From positions 1 to 40,713 of the IMG/VR virus record IMGVR_UViG_3300042924_003438: DNA of 40,713 nucleotides; one strand, written 5' to 3'. The notes beneath the pieces were generated by a model. It did not search any database. It was not told the DNA's origin and saw nothing but the letters and a program-made list of their open reading frames with translations. This DNA is from a virus. Taxonomy: Duplodnaviria > Caudoviricetes. Of this stretch, positions 27,563 to 37,099 are shown one piece after another (position 1 is the stretch's first letter; the number at the start of each line of letters is the position of its first letter). The position numbers were made by a program, and so were the translations under genes.

Positions 27563-27800
27563 GATTATTTTGTTTTACTTTTTTCATTTGCTTTGCTTTT
27601 TCCTGACATCAGGAACATGGTTAAAAATTGTGCAAGGGCTGGATTTAAAAATTTGCCGTCTTTCCGTGCTGTCACTCGTTTATTTTGCGCTCTTTCGACT
27701 TTATGAGTTAAGCCCTGTTAACCGTAAGCGTTTCGGTTCGTCTGCAATAATATGTAAACCTGTGACGAATTTTCCTTAATGTTTACATCTTGCTAAGCAA

Positions 27801-27808
27801 CAAAGATA
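27801..27808 (-). promoter_or_regulatory. Bacteroidota -7 promoter element (leftward)
   Basis: caaagata = rc TATCTTTG, matching TAnnTTTG. Confidence 0.6.
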
Positions 27809-27856
27809 AAAATAATTTTGTTAAAAATAATATTTAATTTATAAAATAATAAAGTT

Positions 27857-27864
27857 TATATTTG
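27857..27864 (+). promoter_or_regulatory. Bacteroidota -7 promoter element (rightward)
   Basis: TATATTTG, 4 nt before ATG 27869. Confidence 0.65.
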
Positions 27865-27868
27865 CCCT

Positions 27869-28570
27869 ATGAACTATTTGATTATAACCTCAATTACTGG
27901 AAACAAAGACGTACTGGTTGACCCTGATACGACCTTTGATAATTGTACTTACCTTGCTTTTGTCGATGAAGTTAACCATGACCTAAATGTCTGGAATCAA
28001 GTCCAGAACCATCAGTTTAGTATGATTGACCCGTTAAGGCACAGACGAAACGCAAAGGCTGAAAAGATACTTTGCATTCCCCAGGCTTTAAATATTGACT
28101 TTGATTATATCATTTGGCATGATGGAACACACCAACTGGCAATCCACCCCGAAGAAATTATTAAGGAATACGGCGACGCTGATTTATATGTTTTCCGTCA
28201 CGCGCAAAGACGTTGTTTATACCAAGAAATAGCCGCCGTGCTTGAGGCAAAGTTAGACAATGAAGACCTTGTAAAAAGTCAAATCAACTTTTATCAATCA
28301 GTTGGAATGCCGCCTTATTTTGGGCTATATGAAATGGGGTGTTATATCAGGAAGGTGAATCAAATTACGATTGATTTTGGTTTAGCTTGGTTTGAACAAG
28401 TCTGCAAGTTTTCCAGCCGTGACCAGATTTCTTTTCCTTTTGTCCTTTGGAACTACGAGGAAAGAATAAAGGTTGCAATCTTAAAAGGTAACTGTTCAAA
28501 ATATATCGGGACGCCGTTTGAAAACGAGGGAAATAAATATTTTATAAATCATGCAAACCACATTAAATGA
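27869..28570 (+). CDS. Glycosyltransferase-like protein (DUF616/TOD1-MUCI70 family)
   Basis: ITSITGNKD, IWHDG, FRHAQRRCLYQE, SSRDQISFPFVLW motifs. Confidence 0.8.
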   Translation: MNYLIITSITGNKDVLVDPDTTFDNCTYLAFVDEVNHDLNVWNQVQNHQFSMIDPLRHRRNAKAEKILCIPQALNIDFDYIIWHDGTHQLAIHPEEIIKEYGDADLYVFRHAQRRCLYQEIAAVLEAKLDNEDLVKSQINFYQSVGMPPYFGLYEMGCYIRKVNQITIDFGLAWFEQVCKFSSRDQISFPFVLWNYEERIKVAILKGNCSKYIGTPFENEGNKYFINHANHIK

Positions 28571-29676
28571 TACCATTATTTAAAGTTGCCATGAATCCAG
28601 AGGCATCAAAAGCCGTGGACAAAGTTTTATCCTCAGGCTTTATTGGTCAGGGTGAAGTGGTGGAGGAGTTTGAACGCCAATTAAAGCAAAGCTTCAATAA
28701 TCCTTACCTTGTTACGGTCAACTCAGGGACAAGCGCTTTGCAACTTGCTTTAAGAATAATTAAGGACAAACACCCCGAAAAAAAATATATTATATCAACT
28801 CCGTTGACTTGCACGGCGACCAACTGGGCAATACTTGCGGCTGGGTTTGAAATCATTTGGGCAGATATTGACCCTAACACTTTAAATATTTGTCCCTTAT
28901 CGGTCGCTAAATCTGTTACTCCTTTGGTTGCGGCGGTTATGGTTGTTCATTGGGGAGGTGCGGCAGCAGACGTAAAAAAAATAAAGTCATTAACAGGTCT
29001 TGATATTATCGAAGATTGTGCGCACGCCTTCGGTTCATACTATGAACTCCCAGCCACTAAAGATGAAAGTACATTGGTTGGGAACTCAGGAAATTACTGT
29101 TGCTTTTCTTTTCAAGCAATAAAACACCTTACCACGGGTGACGGTGGATTATTGATTTTACCAAATGAAGAAGAATATAAAAAGGCAAAGTTACTTCGTT
29201 GGTATGGCATTGACAGGGAAGGTGACAGAAAGGATTTTAGATGCGAAGCACCGATAAACGATTGGGGATATAAATTCCACATGAACGATATTAACGCAGC
29301 CATCGGGATTGAGAACCTTAAAATATTTGGGGATAACGTCAGAAGACACCAAAATAATGCTGGGTTTTACGACTGGTGGTTAAATGAAAACAGTAGGTTT
29401 ATAACCCCTTTATATTTTGACGAAGGCTCATCGTATTGGATATATTCCATTTTGGTTGAGGATAGGGACAATTTTCAAAGGGCAATGAAAGAACGTGGTG
29501 TAATGACCTCGCAAGTTCATGAGCGGAACGATTTACACCCGTGCGTAAAGCAATTTAAAACAGAACTACCAAACATTGAACAAGTAATTGGCAAGTTGTC
29601 AAGCCTTCCAGTCGGCTGGTGGGTGACGGACGAGGATAGGGAATATATTGTTAAACAGATAAAAAAAGGTTGGTGA
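28567..29676 (+). CDS. DegT/DnrJ/EryC1/StrS PLP-dependent sugar aminotransferase
   Basis: VNSGTSAL, IIEDCAHAFG, FSFQAIKHLTTGDGG (PLP Lys), GYKFHMNDINAAIG. Confidence 0.93.
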   Translation: MIPLFKVAMNPEASKAVDKVLSSGFIGQGEVVEEFERQLKQSFNNPYLVTVNSGTSALQLALRIIKDKHPEKKYIISTPLTCTATNWAILAAGFEIIWADIDPNTLNICPLSVAKSVTPLVAAVMVVHWGGAAADVKKIKSLTGLDIIEDCAHAFGSYYELPATKDESTLVGNSGNYCCFSFQAIKHLTTGDGGLLILPNEEEYKKAKLLRWYGIDREGDRKDFRCEAPINDWGYKFHMNDINAAIGIENLKIFGDNVRRHQNNAGFYDWWLNENSRFITPLYFDEGSSYWIYSILVEDRDNFQRAMKERGVMTSQVHERNDLHPCVKQFKTELPNIEQVIGKLSSLPVGWWVTDEDREYIVKQIKKGW

Positions 29677-30059
29677 TGATTAAGTTAATTGTAAGTGGTC
29701 GCGTCGGTCAAGACGCTGAGGTAAAAAATGTCGGTGATAATACCGTTTGTTCTTTTTCCGTAGCACACACGGAAAAGGTTTACGGGGCAACTCCATCGGA
29801 AAAGACTATTTGGGTGACGTGTTCAATCTGGGGTGAACGTGGTGTCAAACTTGCGCCTCACATTGTCAAAGGTACATACGTGGTCGTGGAAGGAACAGGC
29901 GGGGTAAATGGATACCTAAACAAGAATACTGGAGCAGCCGAAGCTGTCATTAGGTGTATGGTAAATTCTTTGGAATTTGGAGGCAAGTCAACAACTGGGG
30001 AAAATCCAAAGGTAACAGAATCAACGACATTTAAATCAGAATCAGAATTTCCTTTTTAA
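29676..30059 (+). CDS. ssb: Single-stranded DNA-binding protein
   Basis: GRVGQDAE, FSVA, KTIWVTCSIWG, KGTYVVVEG, C-terminal acidic PF tail. Confidence 0.9.
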   Translation: MIKLIVSGRVGQDAEVKNVGDNTVCSFSVAHTEKVYGATPSEKTIWVTCSIWGERGVKLAPHIVKGTYVVVEGTGGVNGYLNKNTGAAEAVIRCMVNSLEFGGKSTTGENPKVTESTTFKSESEFPF

Positions 30060-30060
30060 T

Positions 30061-30243
30061 ATGAATGCTGAAAGAAAAAAAGAATACAGGTTAACCATAA
30101 GCGATTATCAAAGAAAAAAGCATTTGGAATATCTCAGAAATAAATACAATGCTTTATCACCAGAGAAAAAGGCTGAATTGCTTGCTAAAAGAAAAGCAAA
30201 TTATCAAGCAAACAAACAAAAAAAGATTAATGGCATATTTTAA
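30061..30243 (+). CDS. Small basic helical protein
   Basis: 60 aa, Lys/Arg-rich. Confidence 0.55.
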   Translation: MNAERKKEYRLTISDYQRKKHLEYLRNKYNALSPEKKAELLAKRKANYQANKQKKINGIF

Positions 30244-30769
30244 CTACGATATACCCTCAAGTTATTATAAGAATAATATCGGTAAGACCCTTTACAATAC
30301 GGTGCTTACAATGAATCCATCTGTTATCATTGAGTTCGGCACGTTGCACGGTTATTCAGCCGTCGCAATGGCTCAGGCTTTACGAGACTTAGATAGCGAT
30401 ACCGTCATTATGTGTCATGACCTTTGGCAAAAGTACCCGTATAAAAATACGTCGATGGAAAAGACGCAAGATACCATCGACGCGCTGGGGCTAACAAAAT
30501 ATATTGAATTGATTGAATGGGATTTTTATAATTGGAAACCCGAACCTTTTGATTTAATGCACTTTGATATAAGCAACCACGCTGGGCATTTAAAGTATTT
30601 AAAAAGTTTAAAGGAATACCATTTTTTAAACGGCTCAATTTTATTTGAAGGCGGGAGCAAGGAAAGAGACAAAGTAGAATGGATGAAAGATTTTCAGCCT
30701 ATCAATTCATCTGGTTTAAACTTTATTACAATTAACGAGGACTTTCCTTCTTTATCCCTACTCCTATGA
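30230..30769 (+). CDS. Class I SAM-dependent methyltransferase (likely start ATG 30230)
   Basis: IIEFGTLHGYSA motif I; FDLMHFD. Confidence 0.8.
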   Translation: MAYFNYDIPSSYYKNNIGKTLYNTVLTMNPSVIIEFGTLHGYSAVAMAQALRDLDSDTVIMCHDLWQKYPYKNTSMEKTQDTIDALGLTKYIELIEWDFYNWKPEPFDLMHFDISNHAGHLKYLKSLKEYHFLNGSILFEGGSKERDKVEWMKDFQPINSSGLNFITINEDFPSLSLLL

Positions 30770-31470
30770 GGTTAGCCGTTGTTGCCTCAGGTTGGCATTT
30801 CCCCTTAGATTTTTATGAATCAGTCGCAAGGCAAATCGTTGTCAAAGATTGGGCGTATGATTTATTTTGCATCTCACACCGTGACCCAAAGTATTCAAAG
30901 GAGGAAAAAAAGGATTTGGCATTAAAGGAATTGGACACTATTCTTTATAAAGAAATTGCAACCATTGAGCAGATTAAAGACTTAGGCTGGAATTATAAAG
31001 AATACCCGAACACCGTTGGCGATTGGGGATGTTCTAACCAATGGCTGGAAGAACACAATTTTACTGAATACGATTTACTTCTTTTTACGCATGATGACAA
31101 TTTTATTCATAACTACAAATGGTTCGGGAACATCATTCACTTTATGGGAGAAAACTGGGAAATACTTTCTAATTCATGCGGTGACCCTGTTGGTTGGCTT
31201 CGGGGTTCATGTGAGTTCTTTAAGCCTTCTTTGTTGCATAAGATTGGCGGCAAGTTTGATTTGTCATTGGTGACGTTGAACAGGGAAGAAGAAGTTTATT
31301 CACCAGATAAATGGGTTGATATTTTTGATTGGAACAACACGGTACACCCGTTGATGAAGTTTATATCGGAAAACAAAATAGTAGTTGGACATCTGTCAAA
31401 TACTTACAGGCATTCAATGTTTGTGTCCGAGGGTGAACGTGGATTTATTTCCCCAATTTTAAAAAAATAA
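30766..31470 (+). CDS. Putative GT-A fold glycosyltransferase
   Basis: YDLLLFTHDDNF (DxD-like) motif in a sugar-enzyme cluster. Confidence 0.6.
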   Translation: MRLAVVASGWHFPLDFYESVARQIVVKDWAYDLFCISHRDPKYSKEEKKDLALKELDTILYKEIATIEQIKDLGWNYKEYPNTVGDWGCSNQWLEEHNFTEYDLLLFTHDDNFIHNYKWFGNIIHFMGENWEILSNSCGDPVGWLRGSCEFFKPSLLHKIGGKFDLSLVTLNREEEVYSPDKWVDIFDWNNTVHPLMKFISENKIVVGHLSNTYRHSMFVSEGERGFISPILKK

Positions 31471-31473
31471 TAT

Positions 31474-31481
31474 TATATTTG
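31474..31481 (+). promoter_or_regulatory. Bacteroidota -7 promoter element
   Basis: TATATTTG upstream of ATG 31500. Confidence 0.5.
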
Positions 31482-31499
31482 TATAATAATTTAAAAAAA

Positions 31500-31670
31500 A
31501 TGAACACAACAAAACCTCAAGAAATGTACGGGGTAACCTTTAGAAACAAGGTTATAAGGGAAAGGCTGCTGGATATTCAATTTGATTTATGGAAGGCAAC
31601 AGGGAAAAAGCATTCAATGGAAGCAGTCCTTGAAGTTTTATTGAATACCTACAAAAGTATAAATAAATGA
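31500..31670 (+). CDS. Small putative DNA-binding protein (ribbon-helix-helix-like)
   Basis: Beta strand followed by two helices (YGVTF...SMEAVLEVLL). Confidence 0.45.
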   Translation: MNTTKPQEMYGVTFRNKVIRERLLDIQFDLWKATGKKHSMEAVLEVLLNTYKSINK

Positions 31671-32674
31671 GGATTGGCATAGTTTGTAATCTAAGCAGCC
31701 CAACGACTGACTATTATCGCACGGTGAACCCATTTATTAGGCTTCGGGAGGTTTGCCCTCCGAACTTTGTCATAAAGATGATTAACCCTGATACCGTTAA
31801 GTGGTATGATTTTTATGACGTTGATGTTGTTATCTTCCAGCGTGCCAACGGCAATGATTTACTTGGAATGATTAATGAGGTTAAGCGAATGGGTAAGAAG
31901 ATTATCTTAGACCACGACGACCTATTACACGAGGTTAGTGCAGCCAATCCAGCAAGTCAACATTTTAACAAGCCTCAGGTAAAAGAATCAGTCGAAAAGG
32001 CGTTTAAATATGCTGATTGGGTTATGACCTCAACCCCGTACCTAAAAGAATTTTACTCCCAGTTTTACGATACAGACAAAATTACCGTTGTTCCAAATGC
32101 TATTGACTTTACCGTTACACCGATGCAGCCTGTAAAAAGGGATAAGTTAATGGACGCAAAGAAACGAGTTATGTGGCGCGGAAGTCAGACGCACCTTGAA
32201 GACCTTGCAACGGTAAAAAACTTTTGGATTGAGTTACAAAAAAACGATAAGGTTGAATTAGGTATGGTTGGTTTAGCTGATTGGTTGGGCAAAACATTGT
32301 ATCCTAAGGCAATTATTGTACCGTGGAATAATTCCCTTTTCCAATACTTTGAAATGGTTAAACACTCAGCGCCACACTATGGCGTATTCCCTTTGACGAT
32401 TGATAATTTTAATCAAGCGAAGTCAAATAATTTTGCGATGGAAATGTTGGTCGCTGGTTGTATTTCATACGCACCTGAGGAAATCAAGGAATTTAATATT
32501 CCAGGGGTGCGGACATATAAAAACGAATTAGATTTAATCCACAAATTTACTAAGGCTTTAGACAAAGATGATGCGTACTTTGTTGACTTAGAGGCTGGAC
32601 GCAAATGGCTGAAGGAAGAAAGGGACTTGGTTAAGGTAAATGAATTAAGGGTAAATGTATTAAACGCTATATGA
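31667..32674 (+). CDS. GT-B fold glycosyltransferase
   Basis: YYRTVNP, VVIFQR, ILDHDD, VVPNAID, WRGSQTH, PLTIDNFNQAKSN..ME motifs. Confidence 0.8.
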   Translation: MRIGIVCNLSSPTTDYYRTVNPFIRLREVCPPNFVIKMINPDTVKWYDFYDVDVVIFQRANGNDLLGMINEVKRMGKKIILDHDDLLHEVSAANPASQHFNKPQVKESVEKAFKYADWVMTSTPYLKEFYSQFYDTDKITVVPNAIDFTVTPMQPVKRDKLMDAKKRVMWRGSQTHLEDLATVKNFWIELQKNDKVELGMVGLADWLGKTLYPKAIIVPWNNSLFQYFEMVKHSAPHYGVFPLTIDNFNQAKSNNFAMEMLVAGCISYAPEEIKEFNIPGVRTYKNELDLIHKFTKALDKDDAYFVDLEAGRKWLKEERDLVKVNELRVNVLNAI

Positions 32675-33939
32675 AATTAAAGGATATAAAACCAAACCCA
32701 AACAACCCACGGGTTCTTAGAGATGACAAGTTTCAAAAGCTAAAGCAAAGTATCACGGAGTTTCCAAAGATGTTAAGCCTTCGCCCAATGGTCATTGATG
32801 AAAACAACGTGGTTCTTGGTGGCAACATGAGGCTAAGGGCTTTACAAGAACTTGGATTTAATGACATTGATGAGGCATGGGTAAAGCGAAGCAGCGATTT
32901 AACCGAGGAAGAAAAGAAGCGATTTATTATTGCGGACAATGTGGCATTTGGTGAATGGGACTGGGACACGTTGGCGAATGACTGGGATGGTGAAGATTTA
33001 GAATCTTGGGGCTTGGATATACCGCAGTTTGATACGGTTGAAAGCGAAGAGTTAGAAGCAATTGAAGATGATTATGATATGCCAGAGGGAGGAATTGAAA
33101 CAGACATTGTTATTGGTGATTTTTTTCAGATTGGAGAACATCGGTTACTTTGTGGAGATAGCACTCAAACTGACACCTATAAGAAATTAATGAATGGAGA
33201 ATTAGCTGACATGGTTATTACTGACCCTCCTTACAATGTTAATTATGTGGGCAAAACTAAAGATTCATTAAAAATTATAAATGATTCAATGAGTAATGAT
33301 GAATTTTATATATTTTTATATGACTTTTATACTGCATTAGGTAGTTATACAAAATTAGGTGGTGCATGGTATGTTTGGCACGCAGATAGTGAAGGTCATG
33401 TTTTTAGACAGGCGTTTAAAGATTCTGGATTATTGTTAAAGCAATGTTTAATCTGGGTTAAAAATGCATTAGTGATGGGCAGACAGGATTATCACTGGAA
33501 GCATGAGCCATGTTTGTATGGATGGAAAGAAGGTGCGGCGCATTACTTTACAAACGACAGAACCAAAACTACAGTCATAGAAGATGATATAAACTTAAAT
33601 AAATTAACAAAAGAAGAAATGAAAAAAATGCTTAATGAAATATTAAGTGATAAAACAAAATCAACTATACTACATATCAATAAACCACATAGAAATGCAG
33701 AACACCCAACAATGAAACCAATTTTATTATTTGCTCCTCTTATTGAGAATAGTTCAAAAGTAGGGGAAGTAATAGTGGATGGATTTCTTGGCTCAGGAAC
33801 AACAATGGTGGCATCACACCAACTTAAACGCAAATGTTATGGGCTTGAACTTGACCCTAAGTATTGTCAAGTTATTATTGATAGGATGCGCAAACTTGAT
33901 TCAACATTGATTATTAAACGCAACGGTTTAGTTATATAA
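32671..33939 (+). CDS. ParB-like domain fused to beta-class N6A/N4C DNA methyltransferase
   Basis: PNPNNPR...GGNMRLRA...IADN (ParB); LLCGDS, TDPPYN, HPTMKP, DGFLGSGTT, ELDPKY. Confidence 0.92.
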   Translation: MKLKDIKPNPNNPRVLRDDKFQKLKQSITEFPKMLSLRPMVIDENNVVLGGNMRLRALQELGFNDIDEAWVKRSSDLTEEEKKRFIIADNVAFGEWDWDTLANDWDGEDLESWGLDIPQFDTVESEELEAIEDDYDMPEGGIETDIVIGDFFQIGEHRLLCGDSTQTDTYKKLMNGELADMVITDPPYNVNYVGKTKDSLKIINDSMSNDEFYIFLYDFYTALGSYTKLGGAWYVWHADSEGHVFRQAFKDSGLLLKQCLIWVKNALVMGRQDYHWKHEPCLYGWKEGAAHYFTNDRTKTTVIEDDINLNKLTKEEMKKMLNEILSDKTKSTILHINKPHRNAEHPTMKPILLFAPLIENSSKVGEVIVDGFLGSGTTMVASHQLKRKCYGLELDPKYCQVIIDRMRKLDSTLIIKRNGLVI

Positions 33940-33941
33940 TC

Positions 33942-34574
33942 ATGAGGACAAAGACAAGCGATAATTGGAAGTTTAGAAGCGGCACATGGGATGCACTTAA
34001 AACGTCCTATATAGACTTTGAAGATTATCCTTTGATTGGTTCTCCGATTACAATTGAGCAGCAAACAGAAACTATATTATGTATTAATCACAATAAGATT
34101 AATCATAATTCTTTAGTTAATATGTTTGTTGACGATTACCGTCTTGAGCGTTATTGGAATAGAATAGATTACTACGCAAATATTTTCAAACAGGCTAAAT
34201 ATGTAATGACTCCAGACTTCTCAGCTTTGATTGGTATGCCAGAGGAAATGATTAAATGGAATATTTACCGAAGTAGGTTAATAGGACACGTTTACGAAAA
34301 GTATAAAATAAATGTAATTCCTACTATAACATGGACTAATTCAATAAGTTATCCGTATATTTGTAAAGGAATCAAACATAAAAGCACTATTGCCGTGTCA
34401 AACATTGGCGCAAGGAATGATTTAGCAATAGGAATATTCAATGCTGGATTACAGGAAGTTATAAAACAAGTTAACCCGACGCAAGTAATTATTTGTTCAA
34501 ACAATAAATATAAAGATATGTATCAAGACAAATTATTTTATCACATAAAACCTTTTTGGGATGGGAGGGCGTAG
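33942..34574 (+). CDS. DUF4417-like protein
   Basis: FVDDYRLERYW, MTPDFS, WNIYRSR, VIPTITW motifs. Confidence 0.75.
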   Translation: MRTKTSDNWKFRSGTWDALKTSYIDFEDYPLIGSPITIEQQTETILCINHNKINHNSLVNMFVDDYRLERYWNRIDYYANIFKQAKYVMTPDFSALIGMPEEMIKWNIYRSRLIGHVYEKYKINVIPTITWTNSISYPYICKGIKHKSTIAVSNIGARNDLAIGIFNAGLQEVIKQVNPTQVIICSNNKYKDMYQDKLFYHIKPFWDGRA

Positions 34575-35202
34575 TGGACAAGGAACAGGCGGAGGAGGTG
34601 CGCCATTATTTACTCCAGGGAGCTCTGGGGTTGATGAATATTCACCGAGTGATGCTAATAATTCTTTAAGTGAAATGTCAAACAAAGACCTTAACTATAC
34701 AAGTTATACGGCAACTGATAAATTAGATACAAATTGGAAAGAGGTAATTAATTCTTATACTAATAGAGGGTATTATGTAAATGCTAAAATTGTAGATGGA
34801 AATATTAATGAAAACGATATAAAGTATATAAAAACATTAAATGCATCTTTGGATAAAGTAAAATCGGAGAAAGGAACTTTTTACAGGGGGATGGGAATGA
34901 ATTCAGGTTCAAGAACTGAAAAACTTGTAAATTTTTTATTAGAAAACAAAGGCAAAAACATTAAAATGAATACATTTTTAAGTACATCTTCAAGGAGTAA
35001 TATTGAGTTTGGTAATTCTAAACAAAACAAAGTTTTTTTTACAGTTGTTGGAAAAAATGGTAAAAATGTAAAAGGATTATCATCACACCCAGGAGAAGAT
35101 GAATATTTGTTTAAAACAGGGTCTAAATTTAAAGTTAGTAAGACTTCAAAAGAAACTAAAAATGGAAAGGAATTAATAAACATTACATTAACTGAAAAAT
35201 AA
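34561..35202 (+). CDS. ADP-ribosyltransferase, R-S-E (VIP2/C3/Alt-like) class
   Basis: YT..GY..VN, FYRGM (Arg), FLSTS (STS), GEDEYLF (ExE); Gly-rich MGGRSG N-terminus. Confidence 0.85.
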   Translation: MGGRSGQGTGGGGAPLFTPGSSGVDEYSPSDANNSLSEMSNKDLNYTSYTATDKLDTNWKEVINSYTNRGYYVNAKIVDGNINENDIKYIKTLNASLDKVKSEKGTFYRGMGMNSGSRTEKLVNFLLENKGKNIKMNTFLSTSSRSNIEFGNSKQNKVFFTVVGKNGKNVKGLSSHPGEDEYLFKTGSKFKVSKTSKETKNGKELINITLTEK

Positions 35203-35208
35203 ATTTTT

Positions 35209-35346
35209 ATGGAAAAGAAAACAAAAGAAAATGATGCATTTGGGTTTGAATTATTACCAGACGACCCAAAGCCAGGAAGGAGAACTGTAAAACAGGCAAA
35301 TCCTAAAGAAACTAAGCCAGCACCTAAGCCAAAGAAAACTTCGTAA
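35209..35346 (+). CDS. Small Lys/Pro-rich protein, 45 aa (not in ORF track)
   Basis: MEKKTKENDAFGFELLPDDPKPGRRTVKQANPKETKPAPKPKKTS fills the gap between the ART and TerS. Confidence 0.6.
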   Translation: MEKKTKENDAFGFELLPDDPKPGRRTVKQANPKETKPAPKPKKTS

Positions 35347-35354
35347 AACATCGT

Positions 35355-35666
35355 ATGATGAGAGAAGGAAGGAACGGAGGTAAACTTAGAAATGGAGGAA
35401 CAGGAGCAGGAGGCAGACCTAAAAAGCTGCCTTCTATTGATTTGCTTATGGCTAAAGTCATGGGTGATGAAAAAAACGGCATAACTGCTGCCGAAGCCAT
35501 TATCATGAAACTTAGGGACATGGCTACAAAAGGAGATATAAAGGCGGCTCACCTGCTTTTAGACCGTGCCTACGGTAAAGCCAAGCAAGACATTGACATA
35601 ACGACGCAAGGGGAAAAGGTGACCGTGCCAACGATAATATTTACAAAGGACAAGGCGAATGAGTAG
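35355..35666 (+). CDS. Putative terminase small subunit
   Basis: GGRPKK, GDIKAAHLLLDRAYGK, DITTQGEK; upstream of TerL. Confidence 0.75.
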   Translation: MMREGRNGGKLRNGGTGAGGRPKKLPSIDLLMAKVMGDEKNGITAAEAIIMKLRDMATKGDIKAAHLLLDRAYGKAKQDIDITTQGEKVTVPTIIFTKDKANE

Positions 35667-35868
35667 TTTTATAAAGGTTTTAAGATTTTTAAAAATCATG
35701 GAAAGAAGATTGGTAACAAGGGATTATGAACAATTCCCTTTTTACCAACGTCGATTCAATAAATATAATCCTTTGTCCTACATTGCGATACCAATGTTAT
35801 ATTTAATTTCATGGGAAATGCCTAATTGGAATATGGTAAAAAGCGGATATTTTTTTAAATGGAAATAA
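35659..35868 (+). CDS. Hypothetical protein between TerS and TerL
   Basis: 69 aa, overlaps both neighbours. Confidence 0.45.
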   Translation: MSSFIKVLRFLKIMERRLVTRDYEQFPFYQRRFNKYNPLSYIAIPMLYLISWEMPNWNMVKSGYFFKWK

Positions 35869-37088
35869 AGGTTAGTGAAAAGTACGAAGCATTATGGCAA
35901 CCGAGAACCCGTTATTTCCTTATAACTGGTGGGCGTGGTTCGGCGAAGTCATTTACCGTGGGGCTTTGGGCGTGCAATATGCTTTTGGCAAACAAAGGCT
36001 GGAAGATTCTTTTCACACGTTATACCTTATCAAGTGCTAACATTTCCGTTATACCTGAGTTTAGGGAAAAGATAGACTTGTTAGGCGTCGGCGATGAATT
36101 TCAAATGACCAACGCGCAAATAAGTCACAAGGTAACGGGGAGTGAAATAATCTTTTCAGGCATCAAGACAAGTTCTGGAAACCAAACGGCAAAGTTAAAA
36201 TCAATACCAGCGTTAAACGTGTTCATCGTTGATGAGGCTGAAGAATTTTTAAGCGAAAAAGACTTTGATACCATTGACGAATCAATTCGTATGCCTTACA
36301 CGCCTAACATTGTAATACTTGTCATGAACCCACAGGACGTGGAGCATTGGATTTGGAAGCGCTGGTTTGAAAAGTCGCATCGCATGGAAACCATTGACGA
36401 GCAAATGATACCTATTAGCACGCACCCCGATATAACGCACATACATACGACGTACTTTGATAATTTAAATAACCTAAGCATTGATTACATCGCAAAGATT
36501 GAAGCCATTAAAACGAAGTCACCAGAGGCATACGCGCATAGGTTCTTGGGAAAATGGCTGGATAGGAAACAAGGGGTAATATTTGACAACTGGGTTGAGG
36601 GTGAGTTCGATGTTAGTCTGCCTTTTGGTTACGGGCTTGACTTCGGCTTTTACCCTGACCCGTTGGCATTGGTCAAGGTGGCAGTTGACAAAGGGGCAAA
36701 GAAAATATACGTGGAGGAAATTATTTATAAACAATCGCTTTCATACGAGGCAGTCATTGAACAAATGAATCATTATGTTAGTCTTAACGCAATGATAGTG
36801 GCGGATACCAGCGAACCACGTTTGATTGAAGCTTTGCAGCAAAGAGGATTGAATGTACAAAAGGCAGACAAAGGACAAGGGTCAGTCGTGGAAGGGATAA
36901 AGAAAATGTTGGATTATACCATTGTTGTAACACCTGAGTCGTATAATCTAAAACATGAGTTAAGAAATTACATTTGGAACGACCGCAAATCTTCCACGCC
37001 CTTAGACGCCGATAATCACGGCTGCGATTCCCTTAGGTATATATTTTCAAGACTTGCGCAAGGCAGCGATTTACTTGCATTTAATTAA
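35859..37088 (+). CDS. Terminase large subunit (PBSX family)
   Basis: GGRGSAKS Walker A, FIVDEA Walker B, MNP, GLDFGF..DP, DNHGCDSLRY nuclease motifs. Confidence 0.95.
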   Translation: MEIKVSEKYEALWQPRTRYFLITGGRGSAKSFTVGLWACNMLLANKGWKILFTRYTLSSANISVIPEFREKIDLLGVGDEFQMTNAQISHKVTGSEIIFSGIKTSSGNQTAKLKSIPALNVFIVDEAEEFLSEKDFDTIDESIRMPYTPNIVILVMNPQDVEHWIWKRWFEKSHRMETIDEQMIPISTHPDITHIHTTYFDNLNNLSIDYIAKIEAIKTKSPEAYAHRFLGKWLDRKQGVIFDNWVEGEFDVSLPFGYGLDFGFYPDPLALVKVAVDKGAKKIYVEEIIYKQSLSYEAVIEQMNHYVSLNAMIVADTSEPRLIEALQQRGLNVQKADKGQGSVVEGIKKMLDYTIVVTPESYNLKHELRNYIWNDRKSSTPLDADNHGCDSLRYIFSRLAQGSDLLAFN

Positions 37089-37099
37089 AAAAAAGAAAT

